Shown: piece after piece, positions 11,601 to 24,459 of the stretch
Layout: the number at the start of each line of letters is the position of its first letter
How positions within the stretch are numbered: position 1 is the first letter of the stretch
Assembly: GCA_013265495.1 (NCBI GenBank)
Contig: MU058213.1
Span: 5,911,149 to 5,975,148 of the forward strand
Direction: 5' to 3'
DNA length: 64,000 bases
Source: Vicugna vicugna
Taxonomy: Eukaryota
Position numbers and translations under genes: made by a program
The notes under the pieces: generated by a model
What the model was told of the DNA's origin: nothing
Databases searched by the model: none
The model's input: only the letters and a program-made list of their open reading frames with translations

Positions 11601-13200
11601 GTCCAGAGACATTTCCACAGATAGTGTGGATTACCAAGAAGGGAAATAGAAAATCCCACTTAGAAAATGAAAATCACATTCAGAGATAATAATAAAATCA
11701 ACACCACATCCCATTATGATGAAACCAAACAAGCCCCTTGCTGCTAATAATACGTGCCAAAAGAGAATCCACATCCGGCAACAGCAGGCTGCCAAGTGCA
11801 GCTGCGCACCATTCCATTGGCTAATGCGCGTGTTACTTTTGGTCTGTGTGCTTTTGTTGGTTTGCAGTCTAGAGGCCTAAATCCTCCAAGTAAGTCATTG
11901 TTTCAACCAAACACAGCAAATGTTGAGGCCGGCATATCACTGAGTGTGACTAATGCAAGCTCTGCAGCCCAAAGGCCCTGCCAGCTTGCCTGCCAACAGT
12001 TAGACCAACACAGAGAACAAAAGGCCTATAATAACTGGCCAAGTTGGAGGACCCACCCACAGCTTAATGCTGGAACTCAAACAACCTTAGCCATGGATAT
12101 TTTGAATGGCAAACAACCTGATACTCTATTAACAGCATGTACCTAGATCAGTCCATAAGATTTAAAATTTAAAGCTATTTGCTGCAGAACCTGTCTCATC
12201 ACCCATCTGGAGAAAATCTTGAACTGTTGGGAGTTTTTACACTTGGCCACTCCTAGTTGGGGTTTAACTGTGCCAGTTGGGTTCTGGCACTTTGGCCCAA
12301 TTATGGCAGTATCATGGATGCCAGCATCACTTTTGCTAGTTGTACACCCACAAAACGTCTTGACTTAAAAGGTATTTGCAAGTCAAGTTCCCAGGCCCAA
12401 CATTGCCTTCAGATTCCATAGGCAGCTCAGTCTTGTTACAATACCATACAGTCACAAAATAATGATCCATATCAATCTGGGTGGGCATCCACTTAGGAAG
12501 GATACACCAGTCTCATATCCCAGATGCCAATGCTGTGGCCCAGAAGTTCACCACTGTAGATAACATCGCCTCAGACACCATCTCTCCTAAGATCTCACCA
12601 CTGGAGATGACTGCACCCCAAACACTGAGACAACTGCCCAAGTGATGCCCATGGGTGGCCTCTCCTAACTGACAAATTAGACACAGGTCATTCATTGCTT
12701 TTCCTCTTTTGCTATTAAGGATTCTGTTGTTTCCTGAGCTCACAGTTTATGTCACCCATGATCCTAGAATACTCCTTGCTTTCTGTCAAAATATACACCC
12801 TTATACTCCCATACCTGATAGGAAATCCTCTAGACCTTACTACTATCTGTATCATTCTAAAAACGATGAAAATTATTACTTTCCTCAGGAGGCAACTACT
12901 TCATGAGTCCACCCCAGGGGACCTCCCACTCCCCACATTCTTCCCCCTCTCTGGCTTGTCACTTTTCACCTTGCATCTCCAACCATGGCTGCCACAACTA
13001 CCCCTGCCCCTTGGTTACAAATACCACTAACATGTACATATGCCTTACTGAACTATCAGTTCATTCCTTTCAGTAATACAACTGCAGAACCTACCCACCA
13101 TGACCCAAGAAATACACCAAGGTATTATTGTCATGAAAAATATAACTTAGACTTAACACACCTTACAACTTCAAGTTGCTGTTAGAGACCTCAAAAATTT
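8700..13200 (+). mobile_element. Degenerate class III (ERV-L-like) endogenous retrovirus internal region: pro-RT-RNaseH-IN
   Basis: Protease-like HTGSQLT (~9202); IIKDIINEWVIIPTDSPFDSP (~9580); RT IIDLASMF and HCIDDILL (ORF 9709..10182); EQKLLVTYRDIVETEDLT (~10350); LAKLQAV and YIFINF*AVA (RNase H); FRVPGITNSHQGIHFT...ERHND (integrase core, ~10995-11135); outer limits uncertain. Confidence 0.8.
8850..9030 (+). repeat. Polypurine (GA-rich) low-complexity tract
   Basis: ggaagggagggagggaagaagagaagaaggagggagag... almost pyrimidine-free for ~180 bp. Confidence 0.9.
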
Positions 13201-13214
13201 CAGATCTGTGTTCA

Positions 13215-14470
13215 GTAGGGAACGGGTTATCTTTTCAACAAATGGTGCTGGGACAACTGATCATACACATGCAAAAGACGGAAATTTGACCCTTACTTCA
13301 TACCATATAAAAAATCATACTGAAAAATCTAAATCTAAGAGCTAAAACTATAAAACTCTTAGGAGAAAACACAGTAGTAAGTCTTCATGACTTCTGGTTT
13401 GGCAATGAATCCTTAGAAATGATACCAAAAGCACAAGCACCAAGAAAAAGGAACAGATTGTACTTGATCACAATTAAAAGCTTTTGTGTTTCATAGAATA
13501 ATAAAGTGAAACAACCCATAGAATGGGAGGTAACATCTGATAAAGACTTCTACCTAAAATACATAAAGAATTCTCACAACTCAGTAACAAAAGGCAAATA
13601 ACAATTTTAAAAAATGGCAAAAGGTCTGAATAGACTTTTCTCCAAGGAATATAAACTAATGGTCTACAGGCACAGAAAAAGATGCGCAGCATTAACAGTC
13701 ATCAGGGAAATGCAAACCAAAACCACAATGAGATAACATTTCACACCCACTAGATTGGCTAGAATAAAAAAGACAGATAGTAAATACTGTAAGAAAATGG
13801 AGAAATCGGAACCTGCATATACTATTGATAGGAATACAAAATGGTGCAGCCAATTTGGAAAACAGTTTGACAGTTCCTCAAGCAATAAAACATAGAGTTA
13901 CCATATGGCCGAGCAGTTCCACTACGAGGTATATACCCAAGAGAAATGAAAACATATGCCCACATAAAAACAGGTTCAGGAATGTTCATAACATCATTGT
14001 TCAAATAGCCAAAAGGTAGAAACAAACCAAATGTCCATCAACTGTGAATAGATAAACCATGTGTGATATAGCCATACATGTAACATTATTCAGCCATAAA
14101 AAGGAATTAAATATTGATACATGCCACAACATGGTTGAACCTTAAAAACATTATGCTAAGTGAAAAATGCCAGTCACAAAAGATAACATATTGTATGATT
14201 TCCTTTACATAAAATGAGAATTGCCAGAACTATAGACAGAAGGTAAATGAATGGATGCTTAGGACTAGAGGAAGGAAATGAATGAGTGAGGTGGTGACAC
14301 TCAGAGTACAGAGCTTCTTTTTGAGGTGGTAAAAATGTTCTAAAATTGACTGTGGTAATGGTTGCACATTATCTATGAATGTACTAAAATCACTAAGTTG
14401 TACACTTTTAAGTGGGTGAATTGGGTGGTCTATCAATTATCTGTCAATAAAGCAGTTTTGAAAAAAAAAT
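13215..14470 (+). mobile_element. L1 (L1MB-like) 3' portion
   Basis: cttttcaacaaatggtgctgggacaactg ... gaaatgcaaaccaaaaccacaatgagata ... tcaataaagcagttttgaaaaaaaaa tail. Confidence 0.85.
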
Positions 14471-16230
14471 CCTTAGCAAAATTTTAGTAAATGAAATCCA
14501 GTCACACACACATACATACTCCATAACCAAGTATGAATTTCCCTTGGTATGCAAGGTTGATGTAACATTTTAATATCAGTAATTAGCAGAATGAAGGGGA
14601 AAACCTATATGACTATCTCAACAGATCCAGAAAAAAGCATTTGATATGCATTTGTAATAAAAACTCTTAGCATATTAAGCATAGCAGGGAACTTCCCCAG
14701 CCTCATAAAAGATATAAATGAAAAACTCACAGCTGACATCACACTTAACGGTCAAAGATTGAATGCTTTCCCCCTAAAATTGAGAACTATGCAAGAATGC
14801 CTGCCCTCACAACTCCTATTCAGCACTCTACTGGAGACCCCAGCCAGTGCAATAAGGAAAGGGAGAATAAGGCATTTAGACTGGTAAGGAAGATATAACG
14901 CTGCCGTTGTTTCCAGAAGACGTGATAATGTACATCAGAAAACCCTGAGGCATCTACAACAAAGCTAGTAGAATTAATAAGTAAATTTAGTAAGGTCACA
15001 AGATATGAGGGTCAATATCCAAAAATCAATTATGTTTCTTATGTACTGGCAATGAACAATCAAAAAGTAAACATTTAAAATACCATTTACAATAGCATCA
15101 AAAATATTAAATACTTAGTGATAAATTTATCAAAAAATATGTAAGACCTATACAATAAAAATTATAACACACTGTTGGGAGATATTAAAGAAGTCCTCAT
15201 AAATGAAAAATATACTAATTATAGGATGGAAAATTCAACATTGTGTTCACATGTCAGTTCTCCCCAAATTTTTCTCTATATTCAATACAATTTCATTCAA
15301 AATTCCAGCAGCATTTTTTGGTAGACATTGGCAAGCTGATTTAAAAACATAAGGAAATGCAAAGGAGTGAAATTAGCCAAAACAATTTTGAAAAATATAA
15401 ACAACAACAATTGCAGGAGTTACATTATCTGATTCCAAGACTTACTATAAAGCTACAGAAATCAAGACTATGGTATTAGTGAAAGTATAGACATACAGTT
15501 CAATTAAACAGAATAAAATCCAGAAGTAGATTTACATATAAGGGGTAAATTAATTTTTTAACAAGAGTGCTAAGATTATTATTAGGAAAAGACAGTCTTT
15601 TCAGTGAATTATACTGGAAAAACTGGATATCCATATAGAAAAAAAAAAATGTACCTTAACCCTAACATACCAAACATAAACCGACTTGAAACAGATTTTA
15701 TATAAATATAAAAGCTAAAACTTTATAAAAGTTCTAGAAGAAAATATAGCAGAAAGCATATGTGATTTTTAAGAAAGAACAAAAAATATCCATGACCTTG
15801 AACAAAAATTGGTATATTAAACTTCATCAAAATTAAAAACTATTCTCCAAAAGATACCATTAAGAAAATGAAAAGACAGGCCACAGACTGGGAAAAAATA
15901 CTCCTAGTACATAACTGATAAAGGACTCATCTCCATCATACACAAAGAGCTCTTATAACTCAATAAGACAAAGCATAATTTAAAATGGGGTTAAGATTTA
16001 AACAGATAATTCACAAATGAAGATTTATCAGTGGTCAATAAGCACATAAAAATATGCTCAACATCATTAGCTAGCAGGGAAATATAAACTAAAGCCACAA
16101 TGGGATAGTTCTATACATCCATTAAAATGGCTAAAATTAAGAAGATTGATAATACAAAGTGTTTGGTGAGTCTGTGGAGCAAATGTAAGTAGAACCATTT
16201 CAGAAAACTCTCTGGCATGTTTCTGTAATG
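14471..16230 (+). mobile_element. Old L1 ORF2 remnant (RT region to C-terminus)
   Basis: ggtatgcaaggttgatgtaacat, tgaatgctttccccctaa, ttccaagacttactataaagctacag motifs; continues at ~17300. Confidence 0.85.
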
Positions 16231-16293
16231 CTAACTTAATGTGTATATATATATATAAAATTAATGTATATTCTATATACATGTAAAATAATA

Positions 16294-16882
16294 TAGGCAT
16301 ACCTTGGAGATACTACAGGTTCAGTTCCAGACAACCACAATAAAGCAATTATCACAATAATGTGAATCACATGAATTTTTTGGTTTCCCAGTGCATGTAA
16401 AAGTTATGTTTACACTATACTGTAGTCTATTAAGTGTGCAATAATAGCATTATGTCTGAAAAACAATGTACATACCTTAATTAAAAAATACAAAAGAGGT
16501 TGTGGTATGTATGTACAATGGACTACTACACAGTCATTAAAAAAATAAAATGCCATTTGCAGCATTATGGATGGACCTGGAGATTGTCATACTAAGTGAA
16601 GTAAGCAAGAAAGAAAAAGATCATATGGTGTTAACTTATATGTGCAATCTTTAAAAATGAAACAAAAAATTTATTTACAAAACAGAAACAGACTCACAGA
16701 CATAAAAAACAAACTTATGGTTACCAGGAGGGTAAGAGGTGGGTAGAGGGATAAATTGGCAGTTCACAATTTGCAGATGCAAAACACTATATATAAAATC
16801 GATAAACAACAAAGTTATATATAACACACGGAACTATATTCAGTATTCTGTAATAATCTATAATGAAAAGGAATATCAAAAG

Positions 16883-16918
<36 letters not shown>

Positions 16919-17278
16919 AGGCAGTATATTATGCTGTACGCCAGAAATTAACACAACATTGTAAACCAATTATACATCAATAAAAAATTTAAATAAAAAA
17001 AATACCATCTAAACTCTAAACAAAACAAAAAACAATTACAGTAGTAACATCAAAGACCACTGATCACAGATCACCAAAACAAATAATGAAAAAGCTTGAA
17101 ATATTGCGAGAATTACCAAAATGTGACACGAAGTGTGCAGATGCTGTTGGAAAAGTGGCACCAAAAGCCTTGCTCAATGCAAGGTTGCCATAGACCTTCA
17201 ATTCGAAAAAGAAAAAAAAAAAAAGGCAGTATCTGTGAAGCACAATGATGGGAAGCACAAAACAAGGTGTGCGTTATG
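16294..17278. mobile_element. Tigger1-like DNA transposon, internally deleted and interrupted by an L1 3' fragment
   Basis: Terminus ta|taggcataccttggagatactacaggttcagttccagacaaccacaataaagc; opposite end gaagcacaatgatgggaagcacaaaacaaggtgtgc. Confidence 0.8.
16492..17003 (+). mobile_element. Younger L1 3' end inserted in Tigger1
   Basis: atgccatttgcagcattatggatggacctggagattgtcatactaagtgaagtaag ... A-rich tail; possible TSD aaaaaatac; contains (TA)n at ~16884-16914. Confidence 0.85.
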
Positions 17279-17299
17279 TATAACAAAAAAATAGATACT

Positions 17300-17960
17300 A
17301 CTATGTGTACATATAGTTCCAGCACTCCTATTTACTTGAGAAATGAAAACATGTGCAGAGACTTGTACACAAATACTCATACCAGTTTTATTCATAATAG
17401 CCAAAAACTGTCAACAACTCAAATTTTCATCAATAGGTGAATGCATAAAAAATTGTAGTACACCCATACAGTGCAACACTATACAGCAACAAAAAGAACG
17501 AACTACTGATATACAAAGCAACATGGCTGAACTGCAGAAACATTATACTGAATAAAAGGAGCCAGATTAAAAAAAGACATTATTGTATGATTGTTTATCT
17601 GAAACTCTAGGAAATAAAATCTCTAGTGATAGAAAGCAGATAAATGGTTGCCTGGGGCCAAAGATGTGAATTGTGATGACCAGGAAAGGGCACAAGGAAA
17701 ACCTTTAGTGATGAAAATATTCTGCATCTTGATCCTGGTAGTGGTTACTTGGGTGTGCACACTTGTCAAGACTCATTAAACTGTACACTTAAAATGTGTG
17801 CATATTATTTCTATATTTTACTACAAAAATTAAAAAATTGTATTTCTATATACTTGCAACAAATGATTAAAAATTGAAATTTAAAAAATTCCATTTACAA
17901 TCAAACATACTATAGATTTAACAAAACATGTGTAAGACCTATACACTGAAAACTAGACCT
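17300..17960 (+). mobile_element. Old L1 3' UTR and short ORF2 fragment
   Basis: gagaaatgaaaacatgtgc...ttattcataatagccaaaaactg...aactgtacacttaaaatg. Confidence 0.75.
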
Positions 17961-18289
17961 TGAGTTACCTCATTTCTGTCACTCTCTATGCTCAATTGGA
18001 GTTTTTATGTTTACAGTTTTAAAATAGTTAAACAGAGTGGGAATTATAAAATGTAATTTTTTGCTGTTAAGTGTAAATTTTAGTACATGCAAAAAATATA
18101 TTACTGAATTATATAATATCTTTTACAATGAAAATTCATTTTTAATCAGTATTTTAAAACTAGGGAACAAATCAAGGAAATGCCTATAACAGAAAATAAT
18201 GTTGTCATATAGAGGAGGTGTTTAGAAATTAATTGCTTTGTGGTGTCAAATGTATTACAGAAGTCACTGGTCATATCACCTGCTACCTT

Positions 18290-18450
18290 TATAATCTGGG
18301 ACAAAATGTTCCTTAGTTTCCACACATTAAAATGGGAATAGTAATAGTACCTATACCTAAATCATAAGCCTGTTGTGAGAATGAGTCAATGCATGTAAAT
18401 TACCTAATACAATGCCTAGTACAAGAAAAGTGCTCAGTAAATACTAACTT
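18290..18450 (+). mobile_element. MIR SINE
   Basis: Core-like cttagtttcc...taaaatgggaatagtaatagtaccta...gttgtgagaatgag. Confidence 0.7.
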
Positions 18451-19120
18451 CTGAAATGACAATCGAACTCATAATTTAACACACCTAACACATAGTAAGT
18501 TTGAAATATTAGTTACCTCATCATGTGACAAGATTTTTCCCCTTTAGTTTCCTATGATTACTTAGAATGACCAGAGTTGCCTCCATTTTGAATTTTTATC
18601 ATACCAGAAGTTAGACAGTAATGACAAAGGCCATAAATCTGTGGATAAAGTAATTGGGGTCCATAAAGGTTAAATTATATGCTCCAGCTGGTAGGATAAG
18701 AACCAGACTCCAAGACTTCTAACTCTGGATCTAGTCTATTAATCTTGGTATCTGTCTATAACCTTTTTTAAAGGTGACTCTCCAGTTAATAGAATGGAAA
18801 GTGTCCTGATCTAAATAATACATAGTATTAATGTTTTATAGCTCAACCAAGACAGTTCTGAAAGCCTTGGACACAAGTTTCTAAAGCTGATGCAGAAGTT
18901 CCCTGTTGCCCTACCCAGAGCAATTCAATCATATCAAGTTGTTATTCACCAGTTAACTATAAAGTTACTTTAATCAGAACATCCCACCCACTGACAAGAG
19001 ATGGTGTTTGTAAAAGTAAAATGATGTGTTGGAGCAGTCAGGAGGAAAACCCTACTACTCATAAAACTGTAGCTGATCTTCAGAGAGTGTTTGTTCTTAC
19101 CTACTCTGAGCTGTATCTCC

Positions 19121-19238
19121 ATAGTGGGATTTTTCAACCCTGGCTGCACATACAAATCCTTTAGAACTTTTGCAGAAAAATATGCCTAGGTCCCACCCTG
19201 AATATCTTGGAATAAGGCACAGGCTTAAGAATCACTGC
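19121..19238. mobile_element. MER5-like hAT MITE
   Basis: tttttcaaccctggctgcacat ... ttaagaatcactg termini. Confidence 0.55.
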
Positions 19239-20474
19239 CTTATGTCACCCAATTAGACCTAAGGTTTTGTCAGCAGCAGCTGTACCAGTTCAGTTCTCTG
19301 TTTAACCAACAACATTTACAAATCAAGTGCTTCTCTTTTGTTTTATAATCAGAGAGCATAATATGAGTTTGCTAGAACAAGAGAAATAATGAAAATTAGT
19401 TCAGGATTCCATAAATATTTTCCCTATTTAAATCATTACAGCAGCCCAGCAAGGTAAGCCAAGTTGATCATAGCATCCTGGACTTAGATAAATTGCCCAT
19501 AATTGTACCCATCTAGTAAATGGCACTTGAACTCCTAATTCCAAAGGCTTTAGACTGGACAACCCTGCAGGTTGTCCCAGGATAAAAGGGCCTTCCCTGT
19601 AGTACAGTCTCACCTAAATTTGCATTATTAGAGTGGTTCAGTGGTAGTGAGATATACACAGAAAGACCCAGTCAGGCTCTTCCCTGAGGCCAGTGAGCTA
19701 GGAACAGGAGGGACCAAGGATGGCAGAGCATCTGGGAAATAAAGTCATTTAAAAAGCTTATAGGTGACATAATTTTATGCAAATTAGGATATTTTAAGAC
19801 TCTTCCTTATTTTATAGAATCATAATTTTTTTAGAGTTTTTAGCCTTATGTACTACCATATACTTAAGGAATGCACCATATATCTTACTTGTCATGGTAT
19901 CTGACCTGTCTCCCCTCCACTCTCTCTCTCAAATGCTTGGCAGCATATGATGAGTAAATTAATTAGTTACTATATGTTGGTGGATAGCACTAGAAACTTT
20001 AAAGAACCGCCATCTCTATCCAAATAACCGGTTATTGCTTGAGGTTTTGATGTGCTTAGGCAGTCTCTAACAAACCGATGAAAATCTACCTAATGAGCAG
20101 AGTTCATACTCTTGTTTCCCAACCTTGCTGGCAAATCCAAGTGGGAAGCAAATGTATGATTCAGTGAGCACGGAACTTGAGCAAAGACAACTTCATGGCT
20201 AATACTCATGCTGAAGGCAGGCATCTCCTCTCAGGGTGCATAAGCCCCTTGGCTTAAGTCCAATGGTCTAGGCAGCCTGCGTATACAGTCCCATTTCTGA
20301 CTGGTAGCTACACCAAGGGGTAGCTCAGGAGAGGCTTTTGGCCCTCCTCAAGCCCTTACCTCAATTTTCACCAGATACTCTCAAGACAAAGCCCACACTC
20401 CTACCCTACCCCCTACTCTAACCAAACTGCTGCCCCCTAAGCCTCTTCTACAAAAATTGTGACTTCTCCACAGT

Positions 20475-20950
20475 TATTCATTCAACAACTATTTATTGAG
20501 TAGCTACTAAGTGCCAGGTGCTCAGATACGGTAGTGAAAGAAAAATTAAACAAAACAAATATCGTTGCCCTCCCGGAGCTTACATCCAAGTTGGAAGAGA
20601 CAGATGATAAATATCAGATGCGTAAGGTGAAAGGGGAATACCAAGGGTGGGGTAAGAATGTGGCAGTTTTAAATATCAAGGAAGGCATCACTGAGAAAAT
20701 GACATTTTCATGCAGACTTGAATTATGATATGTGGATATCTAGAGGAAGGGCATTCCAGATCAAGGAATCAAGTGCAAAAGGCTGGACATAGGATGCTGT
20801 ATTTAGGAAACAGGAAGAGGCAAGTGACAAGGGAGCAAGGAAAGTAGTTAAAGAAATGAGGTGAGAGAAGCAGTGCACCTCCGAAGACTCTGGATTTATT
20901 CCAAGGGAGATGAAGTGGTATTTGAGAGAAAAGAGGTGTGGTGCTGTAGA
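20475..20950 (-). mobile_element. L2 3' end, antisense
   Basis: attcattcaacaactatttattgagtagctactaagtgccagg. Confidence 0.75.
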
Positions 20951-22929
20951 CATAAGATAAAGGTAATTGGTACAGAATACATAGGTGAAAATCAACTGTA
21001 TGGAACCTGACTGTTAAGCCTGGTTGGAAGAGCTAAATGTAATAGAGAAAGAAGCTTATTCTGCAGGAAGCACTTAAGGATTTCAGAAAACAATTTGTTT
21101 CAGGTAAAAATAAGCAGTATTTGTTGGCTGATGCAGTTTAAGTGATGTAGGAAAGAGAACTTAATGTATGGCAGCTTTACTGACTTCAAAGATAGTGACT
21201 AAATGTTTGTGAGGATTAGTTTATAGGCAGTAATGGAACATGTTAAATTCGCCATGCTTGAGAGGAATGCTAATTAAGCACTATTGGAGGTACTGCAAAA
21301 GATTCATCTGTAGATAAGGAGCTGAACTGGATGAAGTTTTTAAATAAAGAATGCAAAAGTAACTTGACATTTTTACAGTAAGGATTCAATAAGTATTTAA
21401 TTGTTGGAACTGGCTTAAGTGTGGAGGAACTGAGTTAAGTGACAATATAGCCAAGGAATACAAATATAGGCAGCAAGGTTTCTAAATTTTTCTATGCATT
21501 TCTGAAGCTTTTATTTTTCTTTTACAATTATTTTTGGCATGTATAGTCTCTTACTAGGACTGGCTCTTTCTTGAACCACTATAAGTAAGCTATTACTCCT
21601 GAATTACTGAAACCTACATTATGGTGAAACATGTTTTGATTGCTCAACAAGTATATGGAGAACAGCAAATTTTCTCCTTTCTCTTGGTTTTGAGGAACCC
21701 AGCTTCCTTTATAAAATCTCTTAAACTGGTTTTCACTTCTGATCCTTAGCCAGCCAGACCTCTACTAAGTGGTGCCCCTGAACCTTGAGGGCTACTCCCA
21801 ACCTCAAGGCCAAAATTGCAGAAGGTGGTTTTGTCAGGTTTTTTCAACTTGAAAATGCTTTACTATGGCAACCTGAAGAAAAAATAACTATATACTAGTC
21901 TTTGGACTGTTGTACCCTTCAATGTAGGTGTAGAAAAGATTAGAACAAATCCAACATCAAACTTTTTAAGAGGTTACTTCTCAGATCCCCAACTGAAAAA
22001 TGGGTAGGACAGTAATTGTTACCTATAGCTAGTAGGATTCTCTGAGTATTAGGCAAGCAAATGCACTCAAAATGCTTAGCACATTAAGTCATAGCAAATA
22101 TTAGCAACTGTGTAATCCCTTGTGGTAAATAAGCAGAGCTCCACTCTACAAATAAGGAAAACAGGCGAGAAGTGACATAATGACCCAAAGTCAGAAAGAG
22201 AGGAAGAGCAGAAGTTAGTTCACTCCAACACAAACTGAGGTTTCTACTGCGCTATTCCATAAAGTGCAGGGCGAGGGAGAGGTGGGGAATGAGGAAGTGA
22301 AGAAGCAGACTCCCAAACACAGACACACGACCTGCTCCCACAGTTAGGACTAGAAATGGCAGAAAAGGGTATGAAATCGAGATCAACACAAAAAGTGCCA
22401 GTTCCCCAAAGAGTCAAAGACCAGGGTACCCTAACTGCCCACAGCACTCAGAAGTCTGAGCCATCTTACAGGCACAGTCGTATCCACCCAGGGACATTGA
22501 CAAGAACTTTGATAAAGACTCTTCAAATCAAAAGATGACCTCAGAGCAATCCCTTGCACCCATCATTTACTTCATATGAGCATACAGACTGCTAAGTTTT
22601 CCAAGAATCTAGACCATCTGGGTTACTCATCACTGATTTATGTGAAGGAATAGGGGAGGCTTCAAGTGGTGGTATTTAGAATTTACCTTGAAGGGCTTTC
22701 CTGGAAAAGATACCTTTAAAAAAAAAAAAGTCACAAGATTAGCGGTTAAGTCTCCAACACTTGAACAGAGTGTGCTGCCCAGCTACTGAGGTGAAGAGTT
22801 AAAGTTAAGGCTTATTTCCTTTAAAGCTCTAAACCTAGTCAATTACTTTGGGTTTAACTCTAGAAAGGGCTGGAGAACTTACACCTAAAAAGCTGGTAAC
22901 AAAGACACATACACTTCCAAGTGTGGATT

Positions 22930-22935
22930 TTTATT
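22930..22935 (-). terminator. Distal polyadenylation signal AATAAA
   Basis: Minus strand: AATAAAaatccacacttggaagtgtatgtgtctttgtt (GU/U-rich downstream element). Confidence 0.8.
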
Positions 22936-23305
22936 TTCACAAAGAGACAACAATGCCTTCCCACATACAAATATTTACAAAACCCAACTGATTCACCAGT
23001 CTGGAACCTGGGTTTTTTTCCACTTCTCAACATAGTTGGGAACATGGAAACATTAATACCCACACAATTCCCAGAGATGGAATTTACCCATCAAACAGTG
23101 CAGATTACCTACAAGTGCACTTACCTGCACAACTCAGTCTAAAAACCTCAGTGATACAGACCTCGTGGCCAAGGTTTCATTTATCTATTTGGTTTCATAC
23201 CATGCAAACCTGAACAAGTGTGCTGCTACACTAAACTGAGAATTGGTTCTCATTTTACAATTAAAAAGGTTCTCAACGCTTTAGCAACTATACAGAATAT
23301 GAAGG

Positions 23306-23311
23306 TTTATT
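23306..23311 (-). terminator. Proximal polyadenylation signal AATAAA
   Basis: AATAAA with upstream UGUA (23323-23326) and U-rich flanks. Confidence 0.55.
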
Positions 23312-23860
23312 TCAAAAAAGAGTACATTTTTTAAAACCAGGATACACAGATGCACTTAATGTAACAGTACCTTCTGCAAAAATAGGTTACATAATACTCA
23401 GAAATGCAAGGAACAATCTTATTCTCTAAAAATTAAACAGCAGACTGTTTGAGCCTTCAAAATGGAGGCCGAAAATGCTCGGTGACAAGAAGTAACTCTA
23501 GAGCCTGACACCACAGAGCTAATGCTGCAAATTAAACTACTACCACACACCTGCAAACTACTCTTTATATTCACACAGCGTTAAACAAAATGGTTTTGAT
23601 TCCTATCTTTTCAAATGTGTCTTGGTGCTGCAAGAAAAAAGTTGAATGATACACAAACTATTAAAAGTTACAACAGAACTATTTAAACATCTTCTCCAAA
23701 ATTGAGAAAAGCAATCATGTTAAATTTTAAAAAATGAGAAAAAAAAGAAAAGTCTGACAGAACTCTCAAGCAAGTCAGAGGTCCTCTTCTTAAGTAGTCA
23801 GTCAAGTAAAGTTTACAGACTTCAATAAATTATCTTGAAACCATGGCAGAGAGCTAATGT

Positions 23861-23969
23861 TCAAAATCTTCGTGGAGGTCCACCCTTAAATGGCTTAAAT
23901 CCAGAGCCACTTCCTCTTGGCATGGAATTGCCACTTATTTGTACAATTCTATTAATTGGGGATGCATTA
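23861..23969 (-). CDS. SLTM: SLTM exon 21, coding part
   Basis: SNASPINRIVQISGNSMPRGSGSGFKPFKGGPPRRF*; cag acceptor; TGA at 23861-23863. Confidence 0.96.
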
Positions 23970-24029
23970 CTGAAAAAGGTTTAAAAGAAAAAAAAGTCAG
24001 AGAACAGAAGAACAAATAATTACAGCTAA

Positions 24030-24235
24030 CACCTACAAAATTATCATTTACCAGACACTGTTCTTTGTACTTTACCCACATTAATTTACTCCTTTCAACA
24101 GTCCTGTGAGGTATGTACCATCACTAACCTGATTTTACTGATGGAAAAACAGATTTGGAAGATAAGTAATTTGCCCAAGATCACAATGGTGATCTGATAA
24201 TAAATGGTAGAGTGAGGATTTCAACTTGGGCAGTC
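24030..24235 (-). mobile_element. MIR SINE in SLTM intron 20
   Basis: attttactgatggaaaaacaga...taagtaatttgcccaagatcaca. Confidence 0.7.
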
Positions 24236-24459
24236 TCTCCCTCTGTAAGCGACTTTACAGTCAGTGCATGAATGGACTGGAGCAGTGGTTCTCAAACTGT
24301 GGTCCCCAGATCTACAGCATAAGCATCACGTTAAGAACTTGAACCTCTGAGCTAGAGGACATCTCTCAAGAAATATTTCTGTTAACTTCTTTTATACGTA
24401 TAATGCAATATAGTAGATACAATTGAATGATACAGGTAAAAAGATCCACCCCAAGCCCC

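Larger units (their letters stand above)
22910..23860 (-). other. SLTM: SLTM 3' UTR
   Basis: Non-repetitive U-rich sequence after the stop codon, ending at AATAAA (22930-22935) plus a GU-rich downstream tract; cleavage site approximate. Confidence 0.8.
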
